A stretch of DNA of 62,981 nucleotides, filler included, from Candidatus Babelota bacterium (GTDB taxonomy: Bacteria > JAGOBX01): the NCBI GenBank assembly GCA_017999075.1. It is 9 parts of 9 records of this genome, joined end to end, with 100 filler letters (N's around TTAATTAATTAA, not from the genome) between each part and the next. Parts side by side here need not be neighbours in the genome. Positions count along the whole stretch, not along the records: positions 1 to 12,400 come from JAGOBX010000056.1; 8 more parts are not named here. One strand, given 5' to 3'. The notes under the pieces were generated by a model. That model had not been told where the DNA came from. It saw only the letters and a list, made by a program, of their open reading frames with translations, and did not search any database. Both the position numbers and the translations under genes were made by a program. Each line of letters begins with the position of its first letter. Position 1 is the stretch's first letter. Shown piece by piece: positions 1 to 9,783 of the stretch.

Positions 1-817
1 TCATTTCTTTATATTCGTTTATAAATTTTTTTACCGTTATTTCTTCTTCTATCCAGCCCTCTTCAAATGCGATATTTGTATAGTCGATCAATCTGTTTAT
101 TCCGCTATCAAGAGTATCGAACCGTTCTACTGCGCCAACAGTTCTGCCGCTAACCATATCATCAAAAAAATAAGGAACAATAGAATATAAAAATTCGCTG
201 AATTTTTCATTACTCGTATTTGGATCATCAGTTTTTTTTCCATCTGCAAAACATTTTACAATGCCAGGCAATCCTTTTGTCCTATATCCAAAACCAGTTG
301 ATGTAAAACCTCTTTTTGTAAATGGATTATTTTCATCACAATTACCCCAGCCGTATATTTCTTTATCTGTAGGAAAATTATCTTTCCAAGCATTTTTATT
401 ATATTTCATCGAAGACCAATTATAATTTATTGGAGTTTTAATATTATAAATATCATATCTATATTCTATGCTAAAACCTTCTAATTCCAAACTGCTTGAT
501 TTTTTATTTAAAACCGAGTATTCAAACTCAAATTCATTATCATTAATTTTATTAATCTTCGCTTCAACAATTATATCAACAAGATGCGCTGGTTCAATCC
601 AGATTTTTTTTTGAAGGCCTTCTTCATCAGAAAAATAAATATAGTATAATCCAGCGCGTCTATCATATTTAACCTTTGTATTAAAAATTCCTAAATCAGT
701 ATCATCATTTACAGTAATCTTATAATCAGCAGGTTTTTGTAAAATTCTGCGTTCTGAAAATAACGGATTATTCAAAATTACAAATATTAAAAATATTATT
801 GAAAAATATTTTCTCAT
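1..817 (-). CDS. Secreted hypothetical protein, 3' end runs off the window
   Basis: Not in the ORF track. Manual translation from ATG 817 gives MRKYFSIIFLIFVILNNPLFSERR..., a signal-peptide-like start. The frame stays open to the window edge. GGAG lies upstream, and the start is 33 nt after the stop of the 900-aa gene. Confidence 0.75.
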   Translation of the reverse strand, partial: MRKYFSIIFLIFVILNNPLFSERRILQKPADYKITVNDDTDLGIFNTKVKYDRRAGLYYIYFSDEEGLQKKIWIEPAHLVDIIVEAKINKINDNEFEFEYSVLNKKSSSLELEGFSIEYRYDIYNIKTPINYNWSSMKYNKNAWKDNFPTDKEIYGWGNCDENNPFTKRGFTSTGFGYRTKGLPGIVKCFADGKKTDDPNTSNEKFSEFLYSIVPYFFDDMVSGRTVGAVERFDTLDSGINRLIDYTNIAFEEGWIEEEITVKKFINEYKEM

Positions 818-850
818 ACTTCTTCATCTCCTATTCTATTCTATTATATT

Positions 851-3621
851 CTATTCAGGAAAATCAAGATGCCAATGGTTTGGTGGAGCATTTTTGGGAT
901 GACGTTCTGGGGTAACGCCTAGTCTATTACATTCTCTAATAAAATTGGTTCCCCTTTCTCCCCACAAACTCACTCCGCCTAAATCATCCACGTCAAAATT
1001 TAATCCGGTTCTATGTCCGTTATGAGGACCGGACCAATTTTTAGTATAATCATTACAGCCGCCCCATTCCAGCGAGCCGTCGGTTATATGAAATATAGTA
1101 TTTGGATAAAACTTTCTATATGCATCGGCAATATCGCACATCAAATCGACTGTTTGCGGAGTTCCATAAAAATGATTTGAATGCAAACCTACAGTTTGAG
1201 GAGTAGAACCGTCTTTAAAAAAACTTCTTTTAGACAATAAATTTTCAGTTATCCAATCTACTTTTATGGTAACAATTTTTTCAAATTTATACCCTGATGA
1301 ATTAATTTCAGCGGTAATTTTTTCTTCTCCGCTTGCTTCTTTTGAATAATATTTTGCTTCAAAAAAACCATCCGAATTTGTATATCCGGTTACAGGTTTT
1401 TGAAAATGAGTAGGTCTTCCAAGATGATTATGCCCGCCGGAATACGGAATTTCTTTTGATGTAAATTTTACTTCCATACCCGTTAAAACCGGATCCGTAT
1501 AAATTCCAACTGTTAAAAAATTCGGGTCTCCAGTCATTCCGTTCGGCATTCTGCCGAGTTTTTTTGGTTTAATTTTATTTTTATCTAAAAGAAAATATAT
1601 ATTTAAATTTTCCACTTCAATCCTGATATCCGCGCCTTGCGGTTCATGACTTGATGTCGGTGATTTCAGGTCAGTTACCCGCATAATAGTATTCTTATTA
1701 ACATCTCCAATAGCGAATTTGGTTTTTAAAGTTGACGCCATACTTCCTTCAATAACTTTTAGCAAATAAGCATCTAAAATTTTAATACTAAAATTTTCTT
1801 CAGTATAAGTTGGATTATCATTTGAATTAAGGTCGCGGATACAAATTATCAAATTTCCATACTGACTTTGAAAAAAATTAAAATCAAATACTCCGCCATA
1901 ACCTATTGAAGGCGACAATGAAACAGAATAAATTGCATTTTTTAAATTTTTTTTATTATTTTGATGAAAAGATAAAACATAAGGATTTTCAAGGCATTCA
2001 GGATTAATTTTCCCTCCATATCCAGGCAGTATTTTAGCTATTCCGATTATTGCAGGAATTCCTGAATCTTTTGTATCTGAAATAAACGGATTTGTTATAT
2101 CAAAATATTCATCTAAATTATTTCTTCCATCGTTATCTTCGTCTTCGGCATTATCGTCAATTCCATTATAATTACTGTCTTTACGCATAGGATTATATCC
2201 TAATGCAGTTTCCCAACCATCCGGCAGTCCGTCTTTATCGCTGTCAGAATCAGACGCAGAAGTTCCAAAATCTTGAGTATTAAATACTTCTATAAAATCA
2301 TTCAATCCGTCTCTATCGCTGTCTATTAGTGATAAGTCGGTGTTATAATATTGAAATTCAAATAAATCATATATTGAATCGCCGTCACTGTCATAATATT
2401 TCGGTTCTCCATTAACGCTCAATTCAAAATCATCGCTTAATCCGTCATTATCAAAATCAAAAGCTTCAGGAAAATTTCCATATTTTTTATAAATCCAGGA
2501 TTTTTTATTATCCAATGATTTGCTTTGAATCCAAAATTCGTCATCGCCTATTCTATCAAATATAATAAAAGGAGCTGCGCCAATACGCATTCTGATTTCC
2601 CAACTCTGATTTAATGAATTTTCCCTTTCTGATAGTAGATTCGTATTTGGAAATTTTACGGTTAAATCAATCAAACCCTGAGTATCATTATTCCATATTA
2701 TTGAACTTGCTCCGCTTACAATAAAATTTGAGCCGCTTAACTCTTTTACAATCCATTTGTTTTCTTCTATAGATATTGATTCCCATTCAAATTCCTGAAA
2801 CGCCAATATTTCAGTGTCAAATTTCAATGTTATATCTGAATTTTTTAAAATATTATTTCTGGTTACTCCGGATTTTAATTCGATTTTTCCGGAAATTTGT
2901 AATGTTCCGGTTTCAGACATTTCATCTTTTCCCCAAACTATTTCAGCGGAATATATGTTTTCAACTCCCTGAATATTGCGCTCTGAACAAGTTTTTAAAA
3001 TTTGATTAAACGAATATGTTCCGATCCCTTTTAGTTGTTGAACCTCATACATATTGCTAAAATAATTATCGTCTATTGTTCCTATATCCATATCGGTTCC
3101 GGCTCTGTAAATATATAAACTATCTGAAGACGGGCTTACAAGGTTTATAATATCTTCGATTTTATTTAATGAAATAGTCCTGTGATTAAGATATTGCAAA
3201 GCATAAGCGTAATCCGTAATTTTTTTCGAAATAATATCATTCCAGACATTAATTACATAACTGTCAATTCTATCCAGACTTCCTTGACCTATATATTGAA
3301 TAGCGTCAAGTTCCGATATACTGTCAATATACTCGTCGTCTAAAGTGCCATAAATTCCGTCTATTCCTTTTTTATAATTGTTTATGTTTTCAGATTGTAT
3401 AATATCTAAACCAACCGAGTATTTTAAAACATCTGTATTTGTTGACCAATGATTAATAAATTGCAGCAGTTTATACGGATTTTGAGGAGCGCGCGATATA
3501 ATACTATCCTTACTATCACCTAAAATATCATTATTTTTACCGCAACTTAACAAAAAAAATAAAATCGGAAAAATTAAAATTATTATAAATTTGTTGGGTT
3601 GGGTTGGGTTGCAAGTTTCAT
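851..3621 (-). CDS. Putative lipoprotein with Ca-binding DxDxDG repeats and C-terminal LAS/MepA-like peptidoglycan endopeptidase; frameshifted at a 5' pentanucleotide repeat
   Basis: ORF 851-3553. The same frame upstream reads NKFIIILIFPILFFLLS-C (lipobox). Repeats DFDNDGLSD, DSDGDSIYD, DSDRDGLND, DSDKDGLPD. C-terminal HNGHRTGLNFD...HWH metal motifs. The RBS-preceded ATG at 3621 is out of frame. Confidence 0.65.
3593..3611. repeat. Simple sequence repeat (GTTGG)3.8, read as (CAACC)n on the coding strand, between the ATG and the signal-peptide h-region
   Basis: gttgg-gttgg-gttgg-gttg read directly; GC-rich in an otherwise AT-rich context. Confidence 0.85.
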
Positions 3622-3720
3622 ACTTTTTTACTTCCTTTTTATAAAAAAATACAAACTTAAAATTTTAAATAATTTGTATTTTACTTTTTAATAAACATTT
3701 GTCAAGATATATATATATTC

Positions 3721-5991
3721 TTAAAAAATTTTACATTTTTTAAGAATATTTCTTTTTTCAAATCTTAGTTTCCATTCTTGTTTTCTTATCTTATCTCCAG
3801 TTTCTTCAGGTTCCCATAAATTAATTAAATATTCAGCAGTTTTTATTTCATCATTATAATACATTTCTCGGCTTACATTTCTTATTATATCAGACAATAA
3901 AACAGGATATTGTTTCAATTTATGTATTTTATTCAATGGATATTCGTATTCCCATGACTTAAGATTCTTCCGTGAACCCTGTATGCTATAACTTAAACGC
4001 CAGAAACAATTCCTTGTATAAAAATATATAAAAACAGGATTATCTCTAAATTTTTCAAATTTAAAAGTTAAATCAAAATCGAATCTGTTTGGCATTAAAA
4101 ATATATAACTAAACTCTTCTCTGAATTTTTTATCTGATAAAACCATTCTGTATTCTTCCAAAACTGAATCTTTATCATTATCAAAAAATACTTTCATTTT
4201 TTCAATTAATTCAGGAATCTTTTTCCATTGTTTTAAAAAAAACATCAAGTCTATATATTCTCTCAAACTCCTTTCCCGCAGATCAATAGATATATTCTTT
4301 TCAAGCAAACTTTCATAAATTTTTCTTGATTCTTCAAATCTGCTTATTTCCTTCAAAAACACGGCTTTTTTATATAATTGTTCAGTATCATTTTTTTCAG
4401 AAAATATCAGATCATATTTTTTCAATGATTCTTCTATAAAATCCGTGCTTAAAATCGGTTGTTTTTCTTCTTCAATATTCAATTTTAATCCGCCTAACTT
4501 CATACATTTGCTTTTATATAAAGGCGGATTACTCGCATCATCATATTGTTTTTTAATTCTTTCATATCTCGATTCTGAAACCTCAATACATTTCAAATAC
4601 TCATGCCATTCTTTTTCAGCATCAGAAATTTTTTTCCCGAAACTTTTTTCAAAATCATTTGTTTTATACCATTTCAATATTTGTCCAGTTCCATAAATTT
4701 TTCTCAAATAAACTATAAAAGCCCCGGCAACCTCGTATTTTTTTCTGGTCGGAGAATTACCCATAAAAAATTTTATCACTGAAAAAACCTCATCAAGTTT
4801 CGTAAGACTTCCTGATTTCAAAGCAGCAGCCATATTTTTGTCGCGTTTTTCTATTGCAGCATCATCTTCAAAACCTACTGCAAGCCCTTCTACAAGCCCG
4901 CTGTTAACAGGCATTTTAAAAATATTGTCTGCCAGATCCGAACTTAATGCGTGGACAAGCTCGTGTCTGATTAAATCTTCGCTGTATCTTATAGTAAACT
5001 CAGGAAGATGAATTTCTTTTAAAACAGGTTTTACATACATTATTGAATATTCCCCTGTAATTTCAGCCATCAATTGTTCAGAAGAATATATGAACACATT
5101 AATTTTACGCGAGGGAATAAATTTGAAATGTCTTATCAGCATATACAGATTAAACTCAAATATCTCTACAGTCTGTTCCAATCTGTTATTAAATAAATTC
5201 ACGTCGTCAGTGTGAAAAATAAAATTAGTGCTTTCAACCTTATACCGCATTACTTTATCAATAATTTTTTTTCTGCCGTCAAACCCCAGTCTGTCCGGCT
5301 GAAATAAAAAAAACAATATAAATACAAATAAAATCATTGAAATTGTTAAACATCTAATTTTTGAAATAAAACTTTTCAGTTCCGAATATTTCGAATAATA
5401 AAAATTAAAACACATATACTTTATAAACAAGGCTAAAACCATTACCCAGACGCGCTGAATAAAAAAATAATCAGGAGGTTGAATTTTTCCCGAATCAAAT
5501 CCGTAAAATGAACTGCCGGATAAAAATCCGCATATCAGATTTGCCAGCCTGAACGGAGCGCAATAATTAAAATAATAAAATGATTGAAAACATATCAATA
5601 AAAAAATTATTATAAAAAATAAGGTTTTAAAAAATTTTCTTTCAAAAAAAATTCCGCTCACTATTCCAAACGACATCCCAAGCATATATGAAGGAACCGT
5701 CATAAAAATAAATAAAACAGGTTCGCTTGAAGCGCAGTTCTGCATTAAATATGTGTTGGCAGCAGATAAAAAAAAAGCCGATGAAATTATTACGCTAAAA
5801 TCCTTTAATGCTTTTATATTATGTTCTGTATACGTTAACAAGCTGTCTTTATAATATTTGTTCCCTTTAATATAGGCTGCTATAAAAACAAGTATAGAAA
5901 CCAGCGCTGAATATTCATAATTCAGTAAATTAAACGGAGGAACAAATTGCAGACTTATAATTACAGAAAAAAATATAATATTGATTATCAT
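3721..5991 (-). CDS. Polytopic membrane protein with gluzincin (peptidase MA-like) domain and TPR-like helical C-terminus
   Basis: Several N-terminal hydrophobic helices; HELVH followed by EGLA (HExxH + E zinc motif). Confidence 0.65.
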   Translation of the reverse strand: MIINIIFFSVIISLQFVPPFNLLNYEYSALVSILVFIAAYIKGNKYYKDSLLTYTEHNIKALKDFSVIISSAFFLSAANTYLMQNCASSEPVLFIFMTVPSYMLGMSFGIVSGIFFERKFFKTLFFIIIFLLICFQSFYYFNYCAPFRLANLICGFLSGSSFYGFDSGKIQPPDYFFIQRVWVMVLALFIKYMCFNFYYSKYSELKSFISKIRCLTISMILFVFILFFLFQPDRLGFDGRKKIIDKVMRYKVESTNFIFHTDDVNLFNNRLEQTVEIFEFNLYMLIRHFKFIPSRKINVFIYSSEQLMAEITGEYSIMYVKPVLKEIHLPEFTIRYSEDLIRHELVHALSSDLADNIFKMPVNSGLVEGLAVGFEDDAAIEKRDKNMAAALKSGSLTKLDEVFSVIKFFMGNSPTRKKYEVAGAFIVYLRKIYGTGQILKWYKTNDFEKSFGKKISDAEKEWHEYLKCIEVSESRYERIKKQYDDASNPPLYKSKCMKLGGLKLNIEEEKQPILSTDFIEESLKKYDLIFSEKNDTEQLYKKAVFLKEISRFEESRKIYESLLEKNISIDLRERSLREYIDLMFFLKQWKKIPELIEKMKVFFDNDKDSVLEEYRMVLSDKKFREEFSYIFLMPNRFDFDLTFKFEKFRDNPVFIYFYTRNCFWRLSYSIQGSRKNLKSWEYEYPLNKIHKLKQYPVLLSDIIRNVSREMYYNDEIKTAEYLINLWEPEETGDKIRKQEWKLRFEKRNILKKCKIF

Positions 5992-5995
5992 ATAA

Positions 5996-7546
5996 TTATT
6001 TTAATTTATAAACATATAAACTATATCCTATTCTGCCGTCACTGTTTTCTTTCAAAAACCTGAACGGTTTATTCCTGAATTTATATTCAGGCAGACGCTT
6101 AACAAAATGGGCGCTTATGATGTAACAACCTTCTGCAAGATTTCCCGACGCATCAACGCAGTCATTAAAATCATTATAGTTTATAGAATATAATAGCGGA
6201 GATACGGAACTGAAATGCAGCAGATTAATTTTGTCAATCTTGTTTTTCTTCATATAATAATTTATTTTATTCAAATCCTGTCCCCAATCTACGTTTGAAT
6301 CGTCAAGAAGATTAATCCCGTTTTCAGAACCCCCTGAAAATACATTAAAATACGATATATAATCAGGAATAACAAAAATCCCGCGCAGCAGTGTTAAAGT
6401 AATAATTATATAAAACCAAACTTTTATTTTTTTTATTGAATTCAAAAAAAATCCGGAAAACAACGTTGAAAAAAATAATAAAGGGATTACAAATCTGTAT
6501 CCTAAATTAGGAGCTTTCAAGGATATTGCTGTAAAATATATTGAGGCAGGTATTACCGCATAAATTAAAAAATTTTTTATTATACTGCGGTATTCATCTG
6601 ATGCTTTTTTCAATATTATACGTAAAAAAATTATTATTGATATAACCGACATAACAATAATAATTTCAGAAGTTTTATATAAAAACACAAAAATAAAATA
6701 TAAGTAATCACGGTTCTTATAGAATTTCCCGTTCAGATAATACTGGTAATCAGGCTGCCAGTATTTCCCTGTCAATCCCGCACATTTAAAATAATCATAT
6801 ATTCCTGTTAAAACATTAAAATATAAAATATTTATCATTATCACAGTAAAAAAAATTACTGCAGCAAGTTTTAATAATTTTTTTTTATCGATTTTTCTCC
6901 ATTCCGATACTGCAATAAAAACAATTATCGGCAAAATAACAAGTCCGCTGAATTTGGTAAGCAGTAAACAAGATAAACTTAACCCCAAATTCAACCAGTA
7001 TATCGCCGATGATTCATTTAAACATTTTTTCAGAAAATAAACCGACATCCAGAAAAATAAGTTAAGCAGAACATCATTTATAACCAGAGACGACAGCCCG
7101 ATAAAATTAGGCGATCCGAGAAAAACAATTGTCAGAATAGCGCAAACTTCTTTTTTGAACCCGAATTCTAAACAAAATAAAAATATTAATATCCCTGTAA
7201 TCAGATTGAAAACAAAAATTATTATCCTCGAATACGCAGTTATTTCAAAAAAAGACGATGAATTGCTTAAAAAAAAATAATTTTGATACCAGATGTGATC
7301 TTCAGATTTAAAAAAAATTTTATCGAATTTAAGATCCAGCCCAAGTATTGGAAGAGCTGCAAGCATTTTGGAAAAAGGGGGGTGTTCCGAATTAAGCAGT
7401 ATCCTGCCTGTCTTTAAATAAGAATATCCTGATACTATATAACTTCCTTCGTCAAATGTCATAGAAACCCATAATATATGGCATATCCCAAAACATATAA
7501 TTAAAATCAATGCAAAAACAAAATAAAATTTCTGAAGTCTGCTCAT
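5996..7546 (-). CDS. GT-C fold glycosyltransferase (PMT/ArnT-like, GT39-type)
   Basis: TFDE acidic loop, EHPP motif, TKFSG, DSNVDWGQD, many TM helices. Confidence 0.75.
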   Translation of the reverse strand: MSRLQKFYFVFALILIICFGICHILWVSMTFDEGSYIVSGYSYLKTGRILLNSEHPPFSKMLAALPILGLDLKFDKIFFKSEDHIWYQNYFFLSNSSSFFEITAYSRIIIFVFNLITGILIFLFCLEFGFKKEVCAILTIVFLGSPNFIGLSSLVINDVLLNLFFWMSVYFLKKCLNESSAIYWLNLGLSLSCLLLTKFSGLVILPIIVFIAVSEWRKIDKKKLLKLAAVIFFTVIMINILYFNVLTGIYDYFKCAGLTGKYWQPDYQYYLNGKFYKNRDYLYFIFVFLYKTSEIIIVMSVISIIIFLRIILKKASDEYRSIIKNFLIYAVIPASIYFTAISLKAPNLGYRFVIPLLFFSTLFSGFFLNSIKKIKVWFYIIITLTLLRGIFVIPDYISYFNVFSGGSENGINLLDDSNVDWGQDLNKINYYMKKNKIDKINLLHFSSVSPLLYSINYNDFNDCVDASGNLAEGCYIISAHFVKRLPEYKFRNKPFRFLKENSDGRIGYSLYVYKLK

Positions 7547-8958
7547 AAAACATCACCGATCGATTCTATATTGACTGAACCATTAACTTTAATCCCGTGT
7601 TTGTTCATATTATAAAATCTAATGTTCTTATTCAATTCTATATATTTTTCAAATTCAAATATATAATTTTTCAAATTATGCAGAGTATATATTCCGCAAA
7701 ATTTTACCGCATTCATTTTTATTAAATTTTCACAGTACCGCGATTCAAAAGTTATAAATTTATTCAAAGACTTCAGAACTGAATAAAAGTAACAGCTGTA
7801 TTTCGAATACATCAAATCATTAGTAAACCCGAAATCCTGACCTGTAAATATTATTTTACTGTATCCCAGTCCTATTAAAAAATCAAGTGCGTATAATGAA
7901 ACTGAAGCTCCACCGCCGAGTTCGCTGCCGCTGTCATAATCAAGCCCATTTTTCAAACCGTCAAGAACAGGATGGTGTTTGGATATAAAATGGAACTTAT
8001 CTCCCTCGTATTTTTCTACTATTTCATGATAAGTATACGGAGAAAATATCAGCGCTGTTTCAGACGAATCAAACCCTTCAAAAAATTTCACACAATCTTT
8101 TTGCGGATCAACGCTTACAGTAAAATCAGGTTTTATCCCTGTTCTTTTCATTATAGGAATAGCTGCATCTACGGCTATAACCATAACTTTATCTCTATTG
8201 ATTTTTATATTTTCTATATAATAATCTGCAGAAGGTCCTGCTCCTATTAAAATTCCTGCGGATTTCACAGGATTTTTTTTCAAATTCGAAATACCATTAT
8301 TTTTTTTTATATGCTTTTTATTTTTATTAATATTTTCTTCTATGATATTTCCGAATTTATCTTTATAATTTTTTTTTATGCATAATCTGCTGAAAAAATC
8401 GGAAATTACAGAAAATTCAGGTTTCACTGATGTAATAAGTTTTGATAAATTCTGCGGTATTATAAATTTATATTTTCCTGAATCAAGCCCAAAATCCCTT
8501 ATTCTCGACTGAATCTCCCCTGTTGTTTTTCCGTAAATAAAACCTGTATTAAATTTTTTTAAAAAAGTTATGTCAAACTTTTCTATTATCAAACTAATGA
8601 TTTCAGGAAAAAATATTATATATATCACTTTTTCAAAATCACTGCAATTACGCAGTTTGAAAAAAATTTCCTGTTCATACCCTCCAAGAAATTCTGCAAA
8701 TACAGGGACAGAATTTTCAGAAAATTTCAGTTCAGATTCTAAAATTCTCTCCATTTCCCTGACAGGATTGATTCTACTGTTCAGATTTATTTTTTCATTA
8801 TGATTTAATGGATTTATAAAACTTATATGCGGTACATCTGTTATATGTGAGGGATTTACAAAAAAACCTGATTCATTTGATTTATATGATTGTAAAAAAT
8901 TATACAATCCGTTATGTTCAGTTTTTAAAAAATTCAAATTTTCATTTTTAATTTTCAT
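7543..8958 (-). CDS. Maf / MptE-like (DUF115) motility-associated-factor glycosyltransferase family protein
   Basis: GAGPS, AVDAA, KPDFTVSVDP and GQDFGF motifs. Confidence 0.75.
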   Translation of the reverse strand: MKIKNENLNFLKTEHNGLYNFLQSYKSNESGFFVNPSHITDVPHISFINPLNHNEKINLNSRINPVREMERILESELKFSENSVPVFAEFLGGYEQEIFFKLRNCSDFEKVIYIIFFPEIISLIIEKFDITFLKKFNTGFIYGKTTGEIQSRIRDFGLDSGKYKFIIPQNLSKLITSVKPEFSVISDFFSRLCIKKNYKDKFGNIIEENINKNKKHIKKNNGISNLKKNPVKSAGILIGAGPSADYYIENIKINRDKVMVIAVDAAIPIMKRTGIKPDFTVSVDPQKDCVKFFEGFDSSETALIFSPYTYHEIVEKYEGDKFHFISKHHPVLDGLKNGLDYDSGSELGGGASVSLYALDFLIGLGYSKIIFTGQDFGFTNDLMYSKYSCYFYSVLKSLNKFITFESRYCENLIKMNAVKFCGIYTLHNLKNYIFEFEKYIELNKNIRFYNMNKHGIKVNGSVNIESIGDVL

Positions 8959-9067
8959 TATCAGGCATATTAATTATTTCAACTTTCTAAACAAATTAAA
9001 ATAAGTTTATAACATAATAAAATCCGTATAATTATTAAATCATTTTTTAAATAACAGTTTTTTAAAA

Positions 9068-9748
9068 TTAAACATTTTCCGGTTCGAGAACTTTTTGTTT
9101 TGGATCTGTTACCATACCGCCTGAAATAATAAATTTCATTGCGTCTTCAATTTTTATATCCACAACAATCAATTCTTTTTCAGCAGCTACAACCAAATAA
9201 CCTGAAGTCGGGTTGGGGGTCGTCGGAACAAACACATTAAACATCTTCTCTCCGGTTTGTGTCGTGAGTTTACTATTCTGGCTAGTTAAAAAACCCATTG
9301 AATACAAACCTTTTCTCGGAAATTCAACATAAACCACTTTATTAAACATTCCTTTATTTTTTCCCTGTATGTTCGAAATGATCTGCTCTATTATCTGTTT
9401 AAGTATAGAATATATTTTATTTATTATCGGAAGATGTTCAAGAAAATCTTCAAGAAGCTCAAAAATTTTTTTACCCAAAAAATTCGAGAAAAAATATCCG
9501 ATTATTATTATTGAAACAAATGTTACTCCAAACGACAGCATTATATCAAAATGCTTTAAAATATTAATGTCTTTCAAATAATCCGGAACAAACCTGTAAA
9601 TAATGTTCTGCGGCAGACTTTCATATATTATCACTATCAGATATTTTATCACAGCATACGTTACGGCAAGAGGCAAAACAAGTATTAACCCCGCTATAAA
9701 ATAACGTTTTACCGACCTAATCATTTTTCTTAAAATAATATTCTTCAT
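9068..9748 (-). CDS. DUF502 family membrane protein
   Basis: FIAGLILVLPL...VEFPRKG...VFVPTTPNPTSGY...FIISGG signature. Confidence 0.9.
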   Translation of the reverse strand: MKNIILRKMIRSVKRYFIAGLILVLPLAVTYAVIKYLIVIIYESLPQNIIYRFVPDYLKDINILKHFDIMLSFGVTFVSIIIIGYFFSNFLGKKIFELLEDFLEHLPIINKIYSILKQIIEQIISNIQGKNKGMFNKVVYVEFPRKGLYSMGFLTSQNSKLTTQTGEKMFNVFVPTTPNPTSGYLVVAAEKELIVVDIKIEDAMKFIISGGMVTDPKQKVLEPENV

Positions 9749-9783
9749 ATTTGTTCCCTTATCCTTATATTATAAATAAAAAA

